Below, piece by piece: positions 9,320-19,317 of a DNA stretch of 25,796 nt; position 1 is the stretch's first letter, and each line of letters begins with the position of its first letter. The position numbers were made by a program, and so were the translations under genes. The DNA is from Synechococcus sp. (GTDB lineage Bacteria > Cyanobacteriota > Cyanobacteriia > Thermostichales > PCC-7336), in NCBI GenBank assembly GCA_051439425.1, contig JBFRWD010000058.1, positions 1 through 25,796 of the forward strand, in the 5' to 3' direction. Below the pieces are notes generated by a model. It saw only the letters and a list, made by a program, of their open reading frames with translations, was not told the origin of the DNA and did not search any database.

Positions 9320-9814
9320 ATGTTGGAACTAAATGCCGCGCTGCTTTGGCTCATTGCTGGCGCTGGTCTGCTATGTATTGAGCTAATTGGAATTCCCGGT
9401 TTTGTGGTTGGTTCAGCAGGGGTCGCAGCCATTCTCACCGCCCCAGTTGCACTGGTTACGCCCGTACCCTTTCAGTGGGTCGTGTGGGCGATCGCCACTG
9501 CCAAGCTGATTCAATATGCCCGCAAGCTCGTGCCAAAAAATACGGTGGTATTTCAAGAAAGTACCGAAGCCCGATCCCTCAAGCCCATCCCCGCCGGACA
9601 AAAAGGCCGGGTTCGCTATTCCGGTTCTATCTGGGATGCCAAGTGCGATATTGAAGACCTCACTATTCCAGCCGGAGAAGACCTGTACGTCCTGGAACGG
9701 CGTGGAAATATCTTAATTGTGATTCCCGAGCGTTTGGCCGCCGGACGCGATAAACCTCAATCACCCCCCTCTGGCACTACGCCCTCTGACACTGCACCAG
9801 GCACTGCAGGATAA
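9320..9814 (+). CDS. NfeD family protein
   Basis: Hydrophobic N-terminus, GRVRYSGSIWDAKC OB-fold, adjacent to an SPFH gene. Confidence 0.9.
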   Translation: MLELNAALLWLIAGAGLLCIELIGIPGFVVGSAGVAAILTAPVALVTPVPFQWVVWAIATAKLIQYARKLVPKNTVVFQESTEARSLKPIPAGQKGRVRYSGSIWDAKCDIEDLTIPAGEDLYVLERRGNILIVIPERLAAGRDKPQSPPSGTTPSDTAPGTAG

Positions 9815-9880
9815 CCAAGCGCCACTGATGAGATTCTCACCCAAGAATCTTGCTATATATTCCGAATTTGGAGATCGACC

Positions 9881-10759
9881 ATGGAAGGCATTATTGCCGC
9901 TTTGGTACTTATTGCTGTTGGCTTTATTTTCCAATCCGTCAAAATTATCAATCAGGGTTACGAAGCACTGGTAGAACGCCTAGGCCGCTACAGTCGCAAA
10001 TTGACTCCGGGGTTATCGTTTATCGTTCCGGTCCTAGAACGCATCGTCTTCAAAGACACCATCCGCGAACAGGTGCTCGACGTTCCCCCACAGCAGTGCA
10101 TCACCAAAGACAACGTTTCGCTGTCGGCGGATGCGGTGGTGTATTGGCGAATCACCGACATGATCAAGACCTACTACGCCGTAGAGGACGTCGAAAAAGC
10201 TCTCGTGAATTTGGTCCTCACCACCCTGCGCTCCGAAATTGGCTTGCTAGAGCTGGACGAAACCTTCTCGTCCCGAACCGAAATCAACGCTCGCTTGCTG
10301 GCCCAATTGGACGACGCCACCGATCCCTGGGGCATCAAAGTAACGCGTGTTGAAGTCAAGGATATTAACCCATCCCGCACCGTGCAGGATTCGATGGAAA
10401 AGCAGATGGCTGCAGAGCGGGAAAAACGGGCGGCAATTTTGGCATCGGAAGGTGAACAGCAAGCCAATATTAACCAGGCCACCGGTAATGCTCGGGCATT
10501 GATTTTGCGCGCAGAATCGGAAAAACAAGAAAAATTGCTGCGGGCTCAAGGTACGGCAGAAGCACTGCAAACCATTGCAAACACCCTCAGTCAAGGCTCT
10601 GAAGCTGAGGCCGCCCTCCAGTTTCTACTGGCCCAAAATTATTTGGATATGGGACGGATTGTTGGTAACGCCCCCAGCTCTAAGGTGGTGTTTATGGACC
10701 CCGGATCCATCCCCGGTACATTACAAGGCATGTTATCCATGCTGGATAAGGAGGAATAG
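9881..10759 (+). CDS. SPFH/band 7 (stomatin-like) protein
   Basis: [37 protein letters not shown]. Confidence 0.93.
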   Translation: MEGIIAALVLIAVGFIFQSVKIINQGYEALVERLGRYSRKLTPGLSFIVPVLERIVFKDTIREQVLDVPPQQCITKDNVSLSADAVVYWRITDMIKTYYAVEDVEKALVNLVLTTLRSEIGLLELDETFSSRTEINARLLAQLDDATDPWGIKVTRVEVKDINPSRTVQDSMEKQMAAEREKRAAILASEGEQQANINQATGNARALILRAESEKQEKLLRAQGTAEALQTIANTLSQGSEAEAALQFLLAQNYLDMGRIVGNAPSSKVVFMDPGSIPGTLQGMLSMLDKEE

Positions 10760-10902
10760 GTCTAGCCTTCGCGGTCCGAGGCCCCTGCCAGTTTGCCTTT
10801 TTAATAGATCGATACTGAACCCTGCCCATTTGTGGTGGGGTTTTGTAGTGGGTCGCTTAAAAAAGCTAGGGTTTTCTGCTCGGTCTAATACAAGCCTCTT
10901 TG

Positions 10903-10918
10903 TGTAGCGATCGCTACA
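10903..10918. promoter_or_regulatory. Candidate NtcA binding site
   Basis: tGTA-N8-TACa (TGTAGCGATCGCTACA) with -10-like CATATT/TATTAT at 10940-10947, upstream of a nitrogen-catabolic operon. Confidence 0.65.
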
Positions 10919-11117
10919 ACAACCAAAAAGCTTTGAAACCATATTATTGAGATTCTGTAGAGAAAGCCTTCCGGGCCGATTTTGAGGATTACTGTGCGCA
11001 CAGGAAACGTAGCTCAGCCAACTAAAGTTACGGTTTGACACTTTAATTCCCCCTCGAATTTATGCTTCTTCTGTCTGAATTGCAGGAGCTATCGTTTGCC
11101 TCCAATCCGAATGTTTA

Positions 11118-12356
11118 GTGAGGAATTTTGGCTTGAATACCAACAAAACGTACCTTCGTTTGACACGGCGTAGCTTTGTTCGAGGAATTGTTTCAACCGT
11201 TGCCATTGGCGCAACTACCAAGCTAGCTGCGTGCGGTTCTGGCAGTGACACGGCCCCTACCCCTTCGACTGCCGACCCTGCAACCCCCGACACTGCAGCC
11301 CCCGAACCAGCAGCACCGGAAGTCATTAAGGTGGGGTTCATTTACGTCGGTCCTCAAGATGACTTTGGTTACAACCAGGCCCACGCAGAAGGCGCTGCAG
11401 GCATTGCCGGACTGGATACAGTCACCATCATTGAGGAAGCGAACGTCCCCGAAACGGTTGCCGTGCAAGAAACGATGCGCAGCATGATCGAGCTGGACGG
11501 CGTGACCGTACTGTTCCCCACCTCCTTCGGTTACTTCGATCCCCATATCTTGGCCTTAGCAGAAGAATTCCCAGACGTTCAGTTCTTCCATGCCGGTGGC
11601 CTCTACGAAGAGGGAGTCACGCCCGAAAATGTTGGTAGTTACTTTGGATATATCGACGAAGGTCAGTACATTGCTGGCATTATTGCCGGGCATGCCAGCG
11701 AAACTGGCAAGCTTGGTTTCGTCGCGGCCAAGCCGATTCCGCAAGTACTGCGCAACATAAACAGCTTTACTCTGGGGGCTCGAACGGTCAATCCCGAAGC
11801 AACTACACAAGTGGTATTTACCGGTGATTGGGCGCTGCCAGTCAAAGAAGCTGAAGCGGTCAATAGCATGGCCGACCAAGGCATTGAGGTTATTACCTGC
11901 CACGTTGATAGCCCCAAAGTGGTCATGGAGACTGCCGAACGACGAGGGATGCTGACCAGTGGTTATCACGCCGACCAATCGGCGCTTGCCCCTGAGGGTT
12001 ACCTAACCGGGGCCGAGTGGGACTGGAGCAATATCTATAACAACTACATGGTCATGCTGTCGGAAGGAAATACCTTGATGAATGGCGGCATCCCCCATTT
12101 AGTTCGGGGTGGATTAAAAGACGGTTTTTGCAAATTGTCACCGTTTGGGCCTGCGGTCTCTGACGAGGCAAAAACAGCGGCAGAAGAGGCGATCGCCCAG
12201 TTCAATTCTGACTCTGGCTTAACCATCTACACTGGCGAGCTGAAAGACAATCAGGGCAATGTTGTCATTGAAAGCGGCACTGAACTCGCCCAAATCGATC
12301 CCGTACTCGAACAAATGGATTACCTCGTAGAAGGAGTGATTGGCAGCATTGGCTAA
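11118..12356 (+). CDS. BMP-family ABC transporter substrate-binding lipoprotein (Tat signal)
   Basis: TRRSFV twin-arginine motif, LAAC lipobox, KVGFIYVGPQDDFGYNQAH, FPTSFGY. Start codon uncertain. Confidence 0.9.
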   Translation: MRNFGLNTNKTYLRLTRRSFVRGIVSTVAIGATTKLAACGSGSDTAPTPSTADPATPDTAAPEPAAPEVIKVGFIYVGPQDDFGYNQAHAEGAAGIAGLDTVTIIEEANVPETVAVQETMRSMIELDGVTVLFPTSFGYFDPHILALAEEFPDVQFFHAGGLYEEGVTPENVGSYFGYIDEGQYIAGIIAGHASETGKLGFVAAKPIPQVLRNINSFTLGARTVNPEATTQVVFTGDWALPVKEAEAVNSMADQGIEVITCHVDSPKVVMETAERRGMLTSGYHADQSALAPEGYLTGAEWDWSNIYNNYMVMLSEGNTLMNGGIPHLVRGGLKDGFCKLSPFGPAVSDEAKTAAEEAIAQFNSDSGLTIYTGELKDNQGNVVIESGTELAQIDPVLEQMDYLVEGVIGSIG

Positions 12357-12415
12357 CTGCTGATTCGTACTACTAGAGAGAAGGGCCAAACGAATACTCT
12401 GCCAAACACAAGAGC

Positions 12416-12467
12416 CAGGCTTACTGAAGCAGTTCGAGTAACGGTGACCCTCTTGAAAGTAAGCCTG
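12416..12467. repeat. Intergenic inverted-repeat element A
   Basis: CAGGCTTACT-N32-AGTAAGCCTG, perfect 10-bp arms. Confidence 0.75.
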
Positions 12468-12499
12468 AAACAGATTGGAAACACACTAGAGGTGAGCCG

Positions 12500-13597
12500 A
12501 TGGCGGGCCGGAACTGGCGACAGCAACTGGAAGCGGTGTGTCTGCCCGCAGGGGCATTATTGGTGGCTCTTGCCTTATTCGGAGCCTTTTGTGGATTAGC
12601 CGGAGCCAACCCCTTTGGGGTCTATCACTCCATTTGGAGGGCGGCGTTTGGTAGTGCCAGCCGCTGGCAAGGAACGTTGATTTTGGCAGCACCACTCATG
12701 CTGACCGCCCTATGTACTGCACTTCCCGCCAAGCTGGGGCTGGTGGTCATCGGCAACGAGGGGGCGCTCGTCATTGGCGGGCTGGCAGCAATTGTGGCGG
12801 GCTTGGGGTTGCAGACTTTGCCGACCCCGTTGGTACAAGTGGCGATGGCGATCGCTGCCATTGTTGGAGGGGGATTGTGGATCGCGGCTGTGGGGGCACT
12901 CCGTCACTATCGGGGGGTGAATGAAACCATCAGTAGCTTGCTGATGAACTTCATTGCGATTGCCATCCTCAATCAATTAGTGGAGGGGGTGCTGCGCGAC
13001 CCCAGTTCCCTGAACAAGCCATCTACCTGGCCCCTGTTGGACATCCACCGACTGGGGACCATTCCAGGAACGAGAGTGCACTTCGGGTTGATTTACGGAT
13101 TGGTCGCTTGCGCGATCGCCTACGTGCTAGTTCAGCAAACGACCTTTGGCTTTGCTGCACGAACGGCAGGGGGAAACATTCGGGCAGCCCGAATTGCTGG
13201 GCTACCGGTTGGAAAACTGACTCTCATCATTTGCTTTTTGGCGGGCTCCTGCGCGGGATTGGCGGGGATGGTGGAGGTGGCAGCGGTGCATGGCGTGGCC
13301 AACGCATCGCTGAATTCAAATTACGGATATAGCGGGATTCTGGTGGCGTTTATTGCCCGCTCGAACGCACTGGTGGTCACACCGATCGCGGTGTTGCTGG
13401 GGGGGATTTTGGCAAGCGGAGGGATTTTGCAGCGATCGCACGATCTTCCGGATGCCACTGTCTTGGTCTTTCAAGGCATCGTCTTTTTAGTCGTTCTCTA
13501 CAGCGAATCCCTTTACGGTCGCTTTGCTTGGTTCAAGCCGAAATCTCCGCCCCCTGCATCCTTGCCAGATGTTCGGGGTGCACCGACGGGTTCGTAG
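12500..13597 (+). CDS. ABC transporter permease (nucleoside/CUT2 type)
   Basis: Multi-TM; IGNEG, RGVNETISSLLMN, GYGYSGILVAF-like motifs. Confidence 0.9.
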   Translation: MAGRNWRQQLEAVCLPAGALLVALALFGAFCGLAGANPFGVYHSIWRAAFGSASRWQGTLILAAPLMLTALCTALPAKLGLVVIGNEGALVIGGLAAIVAGLGLQTLPTPLVQVAMAIAAIVGGGLWIAAVGALRHYRGVNETISSLLMNFIAIAILNQLVEGVLRDPSSLNKPSTWPLLDIHRLGTIPGTRVHFGLIYGLVACAIAYVLVQQTTFGFAARTAGGNIRAARIAGLPVGKLTLIICFLAGSCAGLAGMVEVAAVHGVANASLNSNYGYSGILVAFIARSNALVVTPIAVLLGGILASGGILQRSHDLPDATVLVFQGIVFLVVLYSESLYGRFAWFKPKSPPPASLPDVRGAPTGS

Positions 13598-13678
13598 TCA
13601 TTTGTCAGGCTAACTGAGTAATTGCTTCCTTACACAGAATTACGCCTAGTAGATGTAACAGGGGATCGCGCTCACTCA

Positions 13679-13731
13679 TAGGCTTGCTGCAATGCCCTTG
13701 TAAATTGGCCTCAGCACCCTGAGCAAGCCTA
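13679..13731. repeat. Intergenic inverted-repeat element B
   Basis: TAGGCTTGCT-N33-AGCAAGCCTA, perfect 10-bp arms. Confidence 0.75.
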
Positions 13732-13758
13732 AAAAACAACACGTAGGAAAGAGATAGT

Positions 13759-14691
13759 ATGGCAGCCTCAGCGCTGGGATGGTGGGGGGTTCCCCTCGGA
13801 ATTGTGGCCGGTACTCTACGTGGTAGTACCCCGTTTCTGCTGGTCAGCTTGGGAGAATGCTTGACAGAAAAGAGCGGCAAGATCAACCTCGGCTTAGAAG
13901 GCACGTTGCTGACGGGGGCGATGAGCGCTTATGCCATCTCTTACCTCACGGGCTCGCCGTGGCTGGGGGTCGTCGTTGCCGGTGTGGCGGGCTGCGTGTT
14001 GGGACTGCTGCACAGTTGGCTGGCCCAACAGCCTAAAGTCAGCGACGTGGCCGTCGGCATTGCCATGATTATTTTCGGCAGCGGCATCGCCTTCTTTTTT
14101 GGCAAACCGTTTATCCAGCCGCCTGCGCCCCAATTGCCGACGATTCCATTGGGGGGCTGGAGTAGCATTCCGCAGGTACAGGCTGCTCTGCAAGTCAGTC
14201 CGCTCTTTTTGTTGGGAATTCTCTGTGCCCCGCTGATGAGGTGGTTCTTTCGCAGTACTCGCTGGGGACTGTACGTACGAGCAGTGGGCGATCGCCCGGA
14301 AGCGGCCAAGGCGATGGGAGTATCGGTCAAGCAGGTGCGGACCTGGGCGATCGTGGTGGGCAGCATTTTGGCCGGAATTGGTGGGGCCTATCTGTCGTTG
14401 GTCTATCCCGGTAGCTGGAACGAACGCATTTCCAGCGGCCAGGGGTTGATGGCGGTGGCACTGGTGATTTTTGCCCGCTGGAATCCGATTCAGTGCTTGT
14501 GGGCATCGCTGCTATTCGGCGGAGCGCAGGCGATTGGTCCGGCACTGCAGTCGGTGGGGGTGGATTCCTTCTATTACTTGTGGAATGCGTCACCGTATTT
14601 TCTGACGCTGGCCATCATGATTGTCACCTGCTCTCCCAAGCGGACGTTGGTGGGTGCTCCTGGTGCGCTCGGGCAGCCCAATACTGAATGA
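13759..14691 (+). CDS. ABC transporter permease (nucleoside/CUT2 type)
   Basis: LGECLTEKSGKINLGLEG, RAVGDRPEAAKAMGV, GQGLMAVALVIFARWNP. Confidence 0.9.
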   Translation: MAASALGWWGVPLGIVAGTLRGSTPFLLVSLGECLTEKSGKINLGLEGTLLTGAMSAYAISYLTGSPWLGVVVAGVAGCVLGLLHSWLAQQPKVSDVAVGIAMIIFGSGIAFFFGKPFIQPPAPQLPTIPLGGWSSIPQVQAALQVSPLFLLGILCAPLMRWFFRSTRWGLYVRAVGDRPEAAKAMGVSVKQVRTWAIVVGSILAGIGGAYLSLVYPGSWNERISSGQGLMAVALVIFARWNPIQCLWASLLFGGAQAIGPALQSVGVDSFYYLWNASPYFLTLAIMIVTCSPKRTLVGAPGALGQPNTE

Positions 14692-14757
14692 GTTTGCAGG
14701 CTGACTATTAGAGAAGTCGTCAGATAGCAAAACACTGCAGTTATATAGGTGAACTGG

Positions 14758-14811
14758 TCAGGCTGACTTTGCAGGAGATCGACAAATTGAAAAACACTGC
14801 AGTCAGCCTGA
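14758..14811. repeat. Intergenic inverted-repeat element C
   Basis: TCAGGCTGACT-N32-AGTCAGCCTGA, perfect 11-bp arms; degenerate tandem copy starts at 14697. Confidence 0.75.
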
Positions 14812-14869
14812 ATTGGATTTGCATTTCTCACGTTTTCATTAACAGAACGCTAACAACTGGAGAACGAGG

Positions 14870-15907
14870 ATGAGCGGACTTGGTGGACTGAATAAATCAC
14901 CCAACGGCGTCGTGGTTGGGATGGTGCAATCGCAATTGCCTGTGGTGGTGACCCCCGATGACTTGGCGGCTCAATGCGATCGCATCTGCGAGATGGTGGC
15001 GAAGGCGCGACGCAACATGCCCACTATGGATTTGGTGGTGTTTCCCGAGTACAGCCTGCACGGGTTGTCGATGGACACCAATCCCGAGATCATGTGCCGG
15101 TTGGATGGACCGGAGGTAAAAGCCTTTCAAGCCGCCTGTAAAGAGAACGCCATCTGGGGGTGCTTCTCGATCATGGAATACAACCCCGACGGCAACCCCT
15201 ACAACAGCGGCATCATCATTGACGACACCGGGGAACTGAAGCTGTACTATCGCAAACTGCACCCTTGGGTGCCGGTAGAGCCTTGGGAACCTGGAAATAT
15301 CGGCATTCCGGTGTGCGAAGGTCCAAACGGCAGCACGCTGGCCCTCATCATCTGCCACGACGGCATGTTCCCGGAGATGGCTCGCGAATGCGCTTATAAA
15401 GGAGCCGAAATTGCCATCCGCACAGCAGGCTACACCGCCCCCATTCGCCATTCTTGGAAAATCACCAACCAGGCCAACGCCTTCTGCAATTTGATGTACA
15501 CCGCATCGGTTTGCATGTGCGGCAGCGACGGCACGTTTGACTCGATGGGAGAGGGGATGATCGTCAATTTTGACGGGGTGCCGCTGGTGGAAGGGGGCAA
15601 CCGTCCGGATGAGATTATTACTGCCGAATTGCGCCCCGATCTAGTGCGCGAGGCCCGCAAACACTGGAGTGTCGAGAATAATATCTATCAATTCGGCCAT
15701 CGCGGTTACACAGCCGTCAAGGGTGGTGCTCAAGACTGCCCATATACGTATATGCGTGATTTAGTCGATGAAAACTACCGCTTACCTTGGGAGGACGAGG
15801 TGGTGGTGACCGACGGGACATCCTGCGGGTTCGACGCTCCCACCCGCGAGTATCGCGGCGAAGAGTTGCCAAATGCAGATATCCCATCCCCAGTAGCAAA
15901 AGGTTAA
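14870..15907 (+). CDS. amiF: Formamidase (AmiF-type, nitrilase/CN-hydrolase superfamily)
   Basis: Catalytic E-K-C in [13 protein letters not shown] and [24 protein letters not shown]. Confidence 0.85.
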   Translation: MSGLGGLNKSPNGVVVGMVQSQLPVVVTPDDLAAQCDRICEMVAKARRNMPTMDLVVFPEYSLHGLSMDTNPEIMCRLDGPEVKAFQAACKENAIWGCFSIMEYNPDGNPYNSGIIIDDTGELKLYYRKLHPWVPVEPWEPGNIGIPVCEGPNGSTLALIICHDGMFPEMARECAYKGAEIAIRTAGYTAPIRHSWKITNQANAFCNLMYTASVCMCGSDGTFDSMGEGMIVNFDGVPLVEGGNRPDEIITAELRPDLVREARKHWSVENNIYQFGHRGYTAVKGGAQDCPYTYMRDLVDENYRLPWEDEVVVTDGTSCGFDAPTREYRGEELPNADIPSPVAKG

Positions 15908-16587
15908 TGATGACCTACGTAGAATCCAGTCCCTACCCGTATCCCTACAACGGCGAGTTGCATCCCACTAATACAGCGCTGATCGTCATCGACATGCAGA
16001 CTGACTTTTGCGGGGTGGGCGGCTACGTGGACAAGATGGGCTACGACCTCACCCTTACCCGCGCTCCTATCGAGCCGATCGCCAAACTATTGGAAGCAAT
16101 GCGGGAGAAGGGGTACACCATTCTGCATACCCGCGAAGGTCATCGCCCCGACCTGTCAGACTTACCTGCCAACAAGCGCTGGAGATCGCAGCAAATCGGG
16201 GCGGGCATTGGCGATCCCGGCCCCTGCGGCAAGATTTTGGTTCGTGGCGAGGCCGGATGGGAAATTATCCCCGAGTTGGCTCCATTGCCGGGGGAACCCA
16301 TCATTGATAAGCCAGGAAAGGGAGCATTTTTTGCCACCGATCTTGACCTGCTTCTCACTCGCTTGGGTATCCAAAACCTCATCCTCACCGGCATCACCAC
16401 AGATGTGTGCGTGCACACCACCATGCGGGAGGCCAACGATCGCGGCTATGAATGCTTACTGCTCTCGGACTGTACGGGGGCAACTGATTACGGCAATTAC
16501 CTGGCGGCTCTGAAGATGGTGGAAATGCAAGGGGGAGTGTTTGGGGCGATCGCCACTTCTACTGCTTTACTGGAGGCGATCGCGTGA
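15907..16587 (+). CDS. biuH: Biuret hydrolase (isochorismatase-like cysteine hydrolase)
   Basis: [45 protein letters not shown] overlap with the formamidase stop. Confidence 0.85.
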   Translation: MMTYVESSPYPYPYNGELHPTNTALIVIDMQTDFCGVGGYVDKMGYDLTLTRAPIEPIAKLLEAMREKGYTILHTREGHRPDLSDLPANKRWRSQQIGAGIGDPGPCGKILVRGEAGWEIIPELAPLPGEPIIDKPGKGAFFATDLDLLLTRLGIQNLILTGITTDVCVHTTMREANDRGYECLLLSDCTGATDYGNYLAALKMVEMQGGVFGAIATSTALLEAIA

Positions 16588-18137
16588 CAGCAACAACACC
16601 TACGCCAGTCAGCGGGCAGCTCGATTGTTCTCCACCTGAATTAGAGATCGTCGATCTGACCAAAACTTTCGGTACCTTTACTGCCCTCGATCGCGTCTCG
16701 ATGACTGTGAAACCGGGTACGTTTCACGGCTTGTTGGGCGAAAATGGCGCGGGCAAGAGCACGCTGGTGAAGTGCGTAATGGGGTTTCATCAGCCAACAG
16801 CGGGGGATGTATTGGTCGGTCGCCAGTCCCGTCAGATTGGCAGTCCCAAAGACGCTCACCGCTATGGCATCGGCATGGTCTACCAGCACTTCACGTCGGT
16901 ACCAGCCATGACGGTGGCCGAGAACTTAGTGTTATGCCGCTACGACAGCCCATTAGTGATTGACTGGTCAGCAGAGAAGGCTGCTCTACAAGAGTTTGTC
17001 GATGCCTCTCCGTTTCACATTCCGCTGGACGTTCCAGTTGGTCAACTGGCAGCTGGGCAAAAACAAAAGCTTGAAATTCTCAAGCAGCTCTATCTCAACA
17101 GCACAATCTTGATTCTGGACGAACCCACGTCGGTGCTGACCCCCGGCGAAGCTGACGAAGTATTGGGGTTGCTGCGGGAACAGGTGCAGGCCGGTCTTCT
17201 CAGTGTTTTGCTGATTACTCACAAATTTCGTGAGGTGCAGGCGTTTGTAGACGAGGTAACGGTACTGCGAAAAGGCAAGCTGGCCGGACAAGGCCACGTT
17301 TGCGACTTAACCATGTCAGATTTGGCCACCATGATGCTGGGAGAAGCGCGGGCTCCCCAACAGATAGATAAGACATCTGTGGAAACTCCGTCGCCCGTGT
17401 TGGAGATTGCTGACCTTGAAGCGGATGGTGACAACGGATTATCGGCTGTTAATGGTGTCTCGCTGACGGTGAGTGCGGGCGAGATTGTTGGTATTGCTGG
17501 GGTGTCAGGCAACGGTCAGAAAGAATTTGTGGAAGTCTTGGCCGGTCAAAGACTGTCTACCGCAGGTAGTGTGTGTGTCAGCGGCAAGCCCTATCGAGCG
17601 ACGCGAGAAGAGATGGCCGAACTAAACGTGTTCGCTCTTCCTGAAGAGCCGCTGAAAAATGCCTGCGTCCCCCACATGACAGTCGCGGAAAATATGGCAC
17701 TGCGAACCTTCGATCGCCCCCCCCAAGCCAAAGCTGGTCTGCTGTTGGTGTGGAAGGCCATTCGAGAATCTGCGCGATCGCTGGTTCGAACCTTCTCTGT
17801 ACAAACTCCATCCACCGAAGCTCCTATCTCCCAGCTATCCGGAGGTAATGTACAGCGGGCGGTGCTGGCGCGAGAGCTATCGAGCGAGCGAATAAATTTG
17901 CTCATTGCTGCCAATCCCTGCTTTGGGCTGGACTTCAATGCGGTGGATTACATTCACGAGAAAATCGTGGCGGCTCGCAATCGCGGCGTTGCGGTGTTGT
18001 TGGTGAGCGAGGATTTAGACGAGTTGTTGACGCTCTCAGATCGCATTTTGGTAATGAGCGAAGGTCGCATCGCATACGAAAGCCCGATTGCCGAGGCGGA
18101 TTTTGAGGCGATCGGTCGCAGCATGGCAGGTCACTAA
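16584..18137 (+). CDS. ABC transporter ATP-binding protein (two NBDs, CUT2 type)
   Basis: [33 protein letters not shown] overlap with biuH. Confidence 0.93.
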   Translation: MTATTPTPVSGQLDCSPPELEIVDLTKTFGTFTALDRVSMTVKPGTFHGLLGENGAGKSTLVKCVMGFHQPTAGDVLVGRQSRQIGSPKDAHRYGIGMVYQHFTSVPAMTVAENLVLCRYDSPLVIDWSAEKAALQEFVDASPFHIPLDVPVGQLAAGQKQKLEILKQLYLNSTILILDEPTSVLTPGEADEVLGLLREQVQAGLLSVLLITHKFREVQAFVDEVTVLRKGKLAGQGHVCDLTMSDLATMMLGEARAPQQIDKTSVETPSPVLEIADLEADGDNGLSAVNGVSLTVSAGEIVGIAGVSGNGQKEFVEVLAGQRLSTAGSVCVSGKPYRATREEMAELNVFALPEEPLKNACVPHMTVAENMALRTFDRPPQAKAGLLLVWKAIRESARSLVRTFSVQTPSTEAPISQLSGGNVQRAVLARELSSERINLLIAANPCFGLDFNAVDYIHEKIVAARNRGVAVLLVSEDLDELLTLSDRILVMSEGRIAYESPIAEADFEAIGRSMAGH

Positions 18138-18484
18138 TGCAAGAGCAATTGTGCTGGGAAAATCTGCTGAGCATTGGCGATCGCACTGATGACATCCCCT
18201 GGCAGCCGTTCCGCCCAGGAGTCGATATTCACTATTTGTACAAAGACAAGTCGGGAGCAGCTTGCGCTCTGCTACGCTATCAACCCGGAGCCAAGGTACC
18301 GCTTCACAAGCATGGCGGGTACGAACACATCTTTGTCTTATCGGGCGCACAGACCGACGAACATGCCACCCATCGGGCCGGGTCGTTCACCATCAACCCT
18401 CCCGAAACCATTCATAGTGTTGCCAGCGAGGACGGGTGTATTGTGCTGATTATTTGGGAGCGTCCGGTAGAACTATGCCAGTAA
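18137..18484 (+). CDS. Cupin (ChrR-like) small protein
   Basis: [27 protein letters not shown]...NPPETIHSV metal-binding cupin motifs; TAATG coupling. Confidence 0.85.
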   Translation: MQEQLCWENLLSIGDRTDDIPWQPFRPGVDIHYLYKDKSGAACALLRYQPGAKVPLHKHGGYEHIFVLSGAQTDEHATHRAGSFTINPPETIHSVASEDGCIVLIIWERPVELCQ

Positions 18485-19134
18485 TTCGCGCTCAACCCTA
18501 CGACTACGATTGCCCGCGAGAGGGTGTGGCTCTGCTGTTGATCGATATGCAGCGTGACTTTATGGAAGTTGGGGGATTTGGAGAAGCGTTGGGCAATGAT
18601 GTCAGCACTTTGCGCGCGATTGTGCCCACGGTTAAATCTCTGCTGGAGTTTTTTCGAGCCCAGAATTTGCCGGTAATTCATACGTTGGAATGTCATCAGC
18701 CAGACCTATCTGATTGCCCGCCTTCGAAACGAGATCGCGGGAATGGCACGCTCAAAATCGGCGATATAGGGCCAATGGGTCGCATTTTGATTCGAGGGGA
18801 ATTAGGGAACGCAATTATTCCGGAAGTAGCTCCACTTCCTGACGAACTGTGTATTTACAAGCCCGGAAAGGGAGCTTTTTACAACACAAATTTGGACGAA
18901 GAGTTGCAAGCACGAGGAATTACTCACTTGATTGTGGGAGGGGTGACAACCGAGGTGTGCGTGCAGAGCACAATGCGCGAAGCGAACGATCGCGGCTACG
19001 AGTGTTTGGTAGTGGAAGATGCCACCGAGAGTTATTTCCCAGAATTTAAACAAGCCACTTTGGAGATGGTGAGAGCGCAGGGTGGAATTGTGGGTTGGAC
19101 GACATCTGCAAAAGAAGTAATGGCGGGGCTTTAG
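18475..19134 (+). CDS. trtA: Triuret hydrolase (cysteine hydrolase, BiuH paralogue)
   Basis: [45 protein letters not shown] at the positions where BiuH has Y/M/Y/D/T/V. Confidence 0.8.
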   Translation: MPVIRAQPYDYDCPREGVALLLIDMQRDFMEVGGFGEALGNDVSTLRAIVPTVKSLLEFFRAQNLPVIHTLECHQPDLSDCPPSKRDRGNGTLKIGDIGPMGRILIRGELGNAIIPEVAPLPDELCIYKPGKGAFYNTNLDEELQARGITHLIVGGVTTEVCVQSTMREANDRGYECLVVEDATESYFPEFKQATLEMVRAQGGIVGWTTSAKEVMAGL

Positions 19135-19317
19135 AAATTTCGTAAGCCGATTTTGTGTGACGGACAATTGGCCATCACTCAATGGGGAAGATAGCTTCGC
19201 AATACTGCATCGTGCAATGACTCTCCTGAATTACTTCAGTCCCCAAAAGGCTGCCCAGTTCATACGTTTCTTTGTCTGCATTCGCAATCTCATTCGAACT
19301 CAGTGCTGTAGCTTTTG

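Noticed and set aside
10818..10844. Possible terminator after the SPFH gene
   Set aside because: Stem depends on several G-U pairs and the U-tract is short; too weak to call.
10760..11117. Guanidine-I (ykkC) riboswitch fragments (GGTCCGAG near 10773, CTAGGGTT near 10866)
   Set aside because: Fragments are in the wrong order and the conserved 3' hairpin (CGG.GGA.AAAAGCCCGGGAG) is absent.
12351..14811. CRISPR array or ANTAR-type interpretation of the intergenic repeats
   Set aside because: Repeats are inverted pairs separated by whole genes, there are no cas genes, and they lack the twin hexaloop hairpins of ANTAR targets.
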